A DNA stretch of 64,000 nt from Dimorphilus gyrociliatus. Taxonomy: Eukaryota > Animalia > Annelida. The translations under genes were made by a program, and so were the position numbers. Location: the NCBI GenBank assembly GCA_904063045.1, contig CAJFCJ010000005.1, forward strand, positions 697,988 through 761,987. Reading direction: 5' to 3'. Of this stretch, positions 57,026-64,000 are shown one piece after another (position 1 is the stretch's first letter; each line of letters begins with the position of its first letter). The notes under the pieces were generated by a model that saw only the letters and a list, made by a program, of their open reading frames with translations, was not told the DNA's origin and searched no databases.

Positions 57026-57199
57026 ATGGTTATGTCCGTTCAAATTAATCTAGTTAACGGTATCTTTGGTTTGTTGGTTTGTACTAGTTTGGTGTTAGTT
57101 GTAGCCATCTCTTGTGGAGCTTGCTGGAAGAATAAGGGAAGCTATAAACTCAATGAATCTGCTGGAGGAGGTAAAACCCACTCACGCGATAGAGTCTAA
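57026..57199 (+). CDS. Putative small single-pass membrane protein with band-4.1-binding-like motif
   Basis: 57 aa from the first ATG: hydrophobic LVNGIFGLLVCTSLVLVVAISCGACW followed by KNKGSYKLNE, resembling glycophorin C/Caspr/SMAGP juxtamembrane 4.1m motifs. An acceptor at ~57017 and a donor at ~57170 mean it may be one exon of a larger gene. Confidence 0.4.
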   Translation: MVMSVQINLVNGIFGLLVCTSLVLVVAISCGACWKNKGSYKLNESAGGGKTHSRDRV

Positions 57200-58620
57200 G
57201 AAAAGAAAGAAAAGAGTATGGTGAATATCTAGATAACAGATAAAAAATAATTATTTGGCCTATGTGACACATTTTTTTCTATTGCAATAAACATCTCTTT
57301 TCGGTGTTGTAAACAAGAGACAAAAAAAATCAAAGAGAAACTTAGACAGAAAGGGAATGACAGATCAATAAATAGATAGAGGGTGAGAAGAAAGATGAAA
57401 ACTAAACAGAACGGGAAAGGGGGATGGTAGGATGCGGGAGGGGTTATACTGTACATAATTGATAAATTGATAAAATATGAAAGGGATAAAGAAGATAGGA
57501 AGAACGGTATAGCGTTTAGAAAAGAGGAGAGTGAATTTAGGATAACGATACATCAGTCTTTAATTTCTTGTAGTATTTCAATCACCTTATAGAGAGAGAG
57601 AGGCCAAGAAAAATCATTATTTGTGCAAGATATATAAGAGATAAAAGGGCTGTTAAAATAGTGTTGATAAATTCGTAATATACAGTCTAACAAGCGTAAA
57701 TTGAGCTGATAAGTAATGCGAGTTTGAAGATTGGCTTCATGTTGAAAATATGGGAAGAAAAACTGTACAAAGCTTCTGCTGACGGTCTCAATATAACAAG
57801 AGGACAAATAAAGAATACAACAATAGCTATAAGAGTACATGGTATATGGATAAAAACCTATACAGTAAAATACTATTCTTGTTAGTGTTCTCTTGGCTCT
57901 ACGTTGAATACGTCATATTGAAAATTTTACGTGAATACGTTGAAATTTAGAGAATTGAAATATATCGTTTTTTCCTTCAGCTCATTGCATTTTCGTTGAA
58001 AAATACCCTTAGTTTTTTCGTCAAAACTTTCTACTATCTTCCTCTTTTCTCTTACTTTCACTTATCATGAGTTTTAACTCTGCCTAATCAAATATTAAAG
58101 AAAAATAGCACACGAACCCTTCTTTTACGATGATAACAGATCTAGACGATAAACTTATAATTATATTATAGTAAGAAATATTGCCCTAGCTGCATGACTC
58201 TCTTCCACTCATCTTCATTCACGCTTCGTTAAGTAAGCTGGATTAGTATGAATAAAGTATTGAAAAAAATTCTTTTTTTGTTAATTGTACAGAATAGATT
58301 TCCTTAAGGGAAAAGAGAAGGACTGTATTCTCATCTCTCTCTCTGTGTGTGTGTGTGTGTCTTTCGTATACCTATACTGTTGTGTGTATCGAATGCGCAC
58401 GAAATTTTTGATAAGGTAATGAACCCCACAAAGTGTTATCATTTCAAACAAAGTATATTTTTTATCTATAAACTTATCAATTATTAATCAAAAGTTAATT
58501 GCAAAATATCTTTTTTATTTTATTATAATTAATCAATTTCTCGTAGTTGGTCTTTGAATTTTGTATTGTATTTCCTCGTATCTCCTCCGCTTTTGTAATT
58601 TTCTCTATTACTGCTATTAG

Positions 58621-60468
58621 TTAATTTTGATTCTCTTCAAAGATGGCGCTTATGCCGTAATGGTCAGACATTGGAATTGATAAAATAATCGGATTTCTAA
58701 CATCCCTAACATATTCTCTCTATTTATAAATATGAATAAATGACTATTAAACCTATTTAAATAACATAGTAATTCGAAAAGCTGTATAATTAGTTTACCT
58801 CTACTTTAACAATTCTATTGCGAATGTTAATAGGAATTATTCCATCAAGAATACAATTCTTGGAATATCCTGGATCCATAATTTGAACAATTGTATTATC
58901 TTTGCAATAAGTACATAATGCCAAATGATCAACGGCTACATTCCTTAGTCCATTCTCTTTCATTTTCTAAATTTTTGAATGAAATAAATGGATTAAAAAT
59001 GGCAAAAGGGAGCTAAAGGGATAAACTTATAGACAGATAGATAGATAGATATATAGATAGACAGATAGATAAATAGATAGATAGAGACATCCTAAACAAG
59101 AAAGTTATTCGTGCTCACTTGATATAGATTATCGAAATAGCCGTCAATTTGTTTCTCTTTAATTTCCGGTCCGATGTTGAAATCTCCTAATAAGAATGTA
59201 TTCGAATCGCTAGAATATCTATTTATTAGAAAATCCACTTCCGCTTTTTCTTTCAATTCTCGCCAGCTTTTATATCCAGTAGCGACTGATTATGGGAGGA
59301 TGAAGATAAATATTAAGCATAACAATACAAAATAAGCAAAGAGATAATAGTACATACTCTCTACAAAGAGAAATCCTCCGGCTGAAAGGTGCGTGCAAGA
59401 GATTTTCTCACCGCTAACCTGATTTAAGGAGAAAAATTACAGAGAGCAAAGAAATGTATTTATAACCAACTAATTGAACTTCTAGGAAGCCCCTCTGCAC
59501 TATCATTCTCCTATCGAAAGGGAGAGCTTTGAGGGAGTTCTTCAAGAATTTTCTCTTGCTCAGTAAAAGTAAGCCGTGATTCTCCCTACCAGGCTCAGTG
59601 GCTTGCCTTAGTATTTGTTTTTTATAGGTAAAAATAGATATGTAAGTTAATCTCTAGATTATCAGAAATTTGAGTTATTTTCTAATATTAGAACTAACGA
59701 GCATACTCCTTGACCGGCAGCCTCCATAACGCATTGACCAAAGCCGAAAGGATCTTTATCAGGTCGATTCGTATCGACACAAGTTAGAGCTTTGAATATG
59801 AAACACTCTAAGCATTTCTTCTCTATTTTGTTTAAAACTTGGCATTTCTATTTATGAAAATGTAGCAAATTTTTTAATAGAGGGATTAATAACTCGATTA
59901 TTTCACCTGTAATGTGCAGCTAAATAGAGAATTTCTATTCATGGCTTTGGCACAAGATAGCGACATACATTTCAAAATGTCGGCAAGTACTCTTGCATCG
60001 CACTTGCTCTTTCCTTTAAGTATATGTTGCGGAATAGATCCGTTACTCTCGTGGATGAAACTAAATGAATAAGGATATTTCTCTTCGAGATATCCTGCTA
60101 ACTAATAGTAAAGAATATATAGTGACAAAATGATGGTTATTTCATTATTAAACGTAAATACCTCAAATATTTCCTCATCATTCCATATTTCTTGTAGGCA
60201 AATAACGTCGCTATCACTTTCTATTAGCTTTTCTTTTAAAGCCTCAAAGCGTACATTTTGTTTAATTAGACCCATACGAAATGTGTTGTAAGACTGCAAC
60301 TTTAAAGTTCTTCTAGTTGACCCAATACCTATTTTGTATTATAAAATCTCAACAGTAGTAAAGAGACTACTTTTCTTTTGAGAATAATACGAAAAAAAAG
60401 TTCTCCCTACCTTTTTCAACAGTTGAAATAAGGATATAGACATGTAATAATATTACTAGTTTAGCCAT
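58621..60468 (-). CDS. Secreted endonuclease/exonuclease/phosphatase (DNase I-like, EEP) family protein with Cys-rich insertion
   Basis: Nine phase-compatible exons 60468-60411, 60328-60162, 60101-59907, 59847-59707, 59653-59471, 59418-59358, 59285-59119, 58966-58799, 58719-58621 (412 aa). Signal peptide MAKLVILLHVYILISTVEKG, then EEP motifs in order: LQSYN, DVICLQEIW, YPYS, HGLLLLSK, CTHL, LLGDFN, ILDGI, SDHYG. Confidence 0.88.
59031..59085. repeat. (GATA)n-type tetranucleotide repeat in an EEP gene intron
   Basis: agacagatagatagatagatatatagatagacagatagataaatagatagatag. Confidence 0.85.
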
Positions 60469-62543
60469 TTTCTTTAACGTTGAAGTGTATTAGCTTCAAC
60501 TTCAAGTATAAAATGAAAATAAAAGTATAATTTCTATTAAATTCAGCTGAAAGCGAAAAGAAGTACAAATTACTGATCATGAAACATTAAATTACCATAA
60601 AATGTTGTTTTTCTTTCAATAGAAATAGGCAACCTGTTGAAAATTTTTATCCTTTCATATTTCAAACTTTTGTATTCAATAAATTTAATGAACTCCCATC
60701 TGTTGCTACATATTTATGTTTCGCGTCTACATTGTGCAAGTAAATGCAGATATACTGTATATGTTACAGTAGCACCGTATACAATATTACAATATACTTC
60801 ATATGAAGATATATTCGCATTGTTAAATGAAGCTTTTCCAATGTGGACTTTTTAACTTTTTCTTTTGTTTTATATGCCAATTTTGTCTACTTTATTTTAT
60901 CGGAAATAAATGCACAGTATTGGCTTAACTTACTCGAATATACCATCTAAAATGTAGTTCAGATACTATAAACACTGTTTTTATTGTAAATAAGATACTA
61001 AATCTACGATTTAGAAATCATTGATTAATCTTATAATCGATTTTTTTTTCTTTAAAATGCTACAATATTTATTTTGATGGTGGTTCCTATTAATATTTTA
61101 GTAACGCCATTAACTGATAGATGGCGTTAATGGTATTGTTTATCCATGTTTATCATTTCATGGGGGTAGACAAGCGTATAATACTTTGTAAAAGAAACGA
61201 GAAGAGGGAAGAAGGGAGAGAGAGAGAGGGGGGGGAAGGCGAAGTGAGAGGAGAGGAAGATTTAAAAGACTTTAAGAGGTTTATATTTAATATTCAAAAT
61301 GGAAATGTATTTTATACAGAGGAATGAAAAGTCCATTGGAAATAATTCAATAATTCTATCACTATCTAATATTCTGGCAATTTTCATATTACTGAAAATG
61401 TCCTATTTTCCTGTTTGTAATTCTTTAGAACAGATTTACTAAAGTCATTGGTTGTATAATTGATATTTGTAGTTACTCTAATAGATACGATGTTTTCAGA
61501 TAGTGTGCACCATTCAGCTAATTATCTCGTTAGATTAAATGGTTTTTCATATTTCTAGATGGATATAAATAAATGAGTACTTTGTATTAAGTGTAAATAT
61601 ATATATATACTAATATATCTACAATATATATGTTCTACCAACCACCACAGCGTCTGCATCGTAGAGTACATGTGACAGCATTAAGCTATATACTGTATTT
61701 ATCGTTAAAATGTTACCACACCATGCCAAGTATTTCATATCAAGATAAACTAAATATTGAATTTATAGTATGGGTAAAGTTTGTCTTAAGCCTTTTGGCG
61801 ACTGGGCCAACAGAAACCCAACAGAGATTAGTTTCACGCGATTTACTCATTGGCATTCAACGATTGTGATCCAATGATGCGTATGACTTTGGGGGAAAAT
61901 TGGGACACTTTGGCATCCTTGTGCAGAAACCAGATTTGTACAGATTGAATAAACTTCCCTTTCATCATTTTAAACTTCAAACTGTAATAGCGAAAGGGCA
62001 AAGTGTTTAATTCTAAAAAAATTTATCTGGAAGGGCATCATCAATAAAGGTAATAATATTGGTAGTCGACAAACCACATGTATCGTATGATGTAGAAGTC
62101 GAAATGAATGAGAAGCAATAGCGGATACTTCCGGAAGTGAGAACTGTTGATGTATTGCTAGACTTATTCAACTGTAAAGGAGTGACGCGAACGCTTTGTT
62201 GATTATAAATAGGAGAAAATTGCTGAGTTATTATTCTTATGTGCTATGTTATAGCTAGTTTTCTATTAATTAATATTCGTAATATCAGCGCCTGTACAAT
62301 ATTTTCTTGGTCAATAGTTTTCTAAAGGATTAGATGACTTGATTGTTTCTGTAAGATCTTTCTCTGCTGTCTTTTTAACCTGTTAATGAGAACAGTATGT
62401 CATCCTAGCATTTATCTAAACGCTCCCCTCCCTTATAGCCTTTCTCTTGTTACTCCTATAATTTCCCTTATTCACCTCTTTTGTCGTTTAATTGACAAAT
62501 GTTTTCACTCAAGTACCTGAACTCGTAGCTTAAGAAAAAAGAG

Positions 62544-62546
<3 letters not shown>

Positions 62547-62592
<46 letters not shown>

Positions 62593-62630
62593 AAGAGAGA
62601 GAAAGAGAGCGAGAGAGAGAGACAGAGAGA
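62547..62630. repeat. (GA)n microsatellite
   Basis: Long GA run with degenerate 3' end; it generates the spurious ORF 62468-62695. Confidence 0.95.
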
Positions 62631-63908
62631 TGGAAAGAATAAGGAATTTTATTAGGGCGAAAGCCAAAATTTTGTGGGTGTGGTTTACTTTCCAACCATA
62701 CGTGATAGTTTTTTCCCTTTAAATTCTAACAGTTAAAATATGATATATTCGACAGTCGACACTTCCAATTATGACTTTGAAAAGCCAATTTTTCTGCAAT
62801 TAAGCTGACAAACTGTAGACTCATACCGTTTCCTCGGCTTGAAAGAATCTTTTTCTCCCTTTATTTAAGATCTAATCAAAAGAAAGTAAATGAAGAAAAG
62901 AGGATGAGGGAGATGGGGGGTAAAGAAAGAAATGAAGAAAAGTTCACCGTAATGTTTTATTAACACTTTCAATTGAAATATAATTAGACGTCGAAAACAA
63001 GACGGTCAAGATTCAGTTCTTGTGATTTTCATTAATGAGGTCATGTTCTTAAGGATGAATAAATAAAGAGAAATGACAAAAATAGAGTATGTACAGGAAT
63101 TTCCATATGATAATGTTCTATAAAAAGTTTTAAACCATTGTAATTGAAATAAGTAATATCTAAGGAAGAAGGTGGAAAAATACATTAACGTATTACTCAA
63201 TAAGTCGAAAGCGAGGATTTCAGGATTTCTTTATGTATGCATCTTCTGTATTGCGAATAATGCAACGGCTTGTATTTACATATTCATCCAAGAGCCTATC
63301 GACATTCTCTCACATTGGAAGCTTATGTACATACAATACTGTATAAATGATACATGGCTAACACTAGAGAAAACAATTTTACCTGAAAAATGATGTTATT
63401 AATATTTATTTAACGTTTATAAGAGATTTATATTATTACATAATCAATTGAAAAATTGATTTTTCAATGAATACGGCTGCATTAACGATTAATACCAATT
63501 AACACCAATTAATAACAATTAATAAACAATACGGCAGAGAGGGGGAAAGTGCACACAAGTTAAATTGAGTAATCGTCTTAAACCGTTAGAGTTGTTACTT
63601 AAGAATATTTTAAATTGTTAACCAGTTGATTCCACTTGGGATTTAAGGTCGATAAACCTTCAATCAAAAACAATAACAATTCATGGTCACGAGTGCAATA
63701 CTTGAAAACATAGCGTAATGAGTTCATGTACACTAGTGCTTATGTCAATGCTTAATTTATACATTTCAAAGAGCAATCGAGGCTAAAAAATGTCTTTATT
63801 CAACGCTAATGGCTGTCTATATTTAAATTATGAGCATATTCTCTCCTCTCCTATGAAAATTCTACGTTTAATCTACTGTATGTACTCGTGCCAATTTTAG
63901 TTTTCCTT

Positions 63909-63947
<39 letters not shown>

Positions 63948-64000
63948 TCTTTCAGAATTTAAAAAGTACATATCAATTTCCTTCTTACAGTACATGAACA

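Noticed and set aside
61630-62010. Plus-strand frame continuing past TGA 61867-61869 (possible selenocysteine or read-through)
   Set aside because: No selenoprotein-like context or SECIS seen; more simply explained as a shadow of the open minus-strand frame.
1-64000. tRNA, rRNA, snRNA, CRISPR array or intact transposase
   Set aside because: No T-loop/cloverleaf, rRNA-like, repeat-spacer or DDE/RT signatures noticed by eye; a formal Rfam/tRNAscan/RepeatMasker run was not possible.

Overview
AT-rich eukaryotic (animal) genomic DNA from a compact genome: most introns are 45-100 bp and GT-AG, so the ORF track fragments every gene. I rebuilt spliced models by hand and checked intron phases. The window holds: (1) the 5' ~2,860 aa (25 exons, running off the left edge) of a giant cadherin on the minus strand, built from a 6-EC-domain super-repeat; (2) a 13.8 kb stretch with no gene I could find; (3) a ~17-exon GABA-B receptor subunit 2 gene with an intronless casein kinase 1 alpha-like gene nested antisense in intron 9; (4) a Neverland/DAF-36 Rieske sterol desaturase; (5) an orphan single-pass PPxY membrane protein; (6) a rhabdomeric-type opsin with K296 and E181 but E-K-C in place of E/D-R-Y; (7) a four-EF-hand Ca2+-binding protein; (8) a sphingosine-1-phosphate lyase; (9) a possible 57-aa membrane microprotein with a band-4.1-binding-like motif; (10) a 9-exon secreted, Cys-rich DNase I-like (EEP) phosphoesterase almost invisible in the ORF track. 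Non-coding DNA is rich in (TA)n/(GA)n microsatellites and in TA-CAG/CTG-TA motifs resembling Tc1/mariner excision footprints. The gene content (r-opsin, GABA-B R2, Neverland) suggests a bilaterian invertebrate, possibly a compact-genome spiralian; this is inference only. I found no tRNA, rRNA, CRISPR array or intact transposase.
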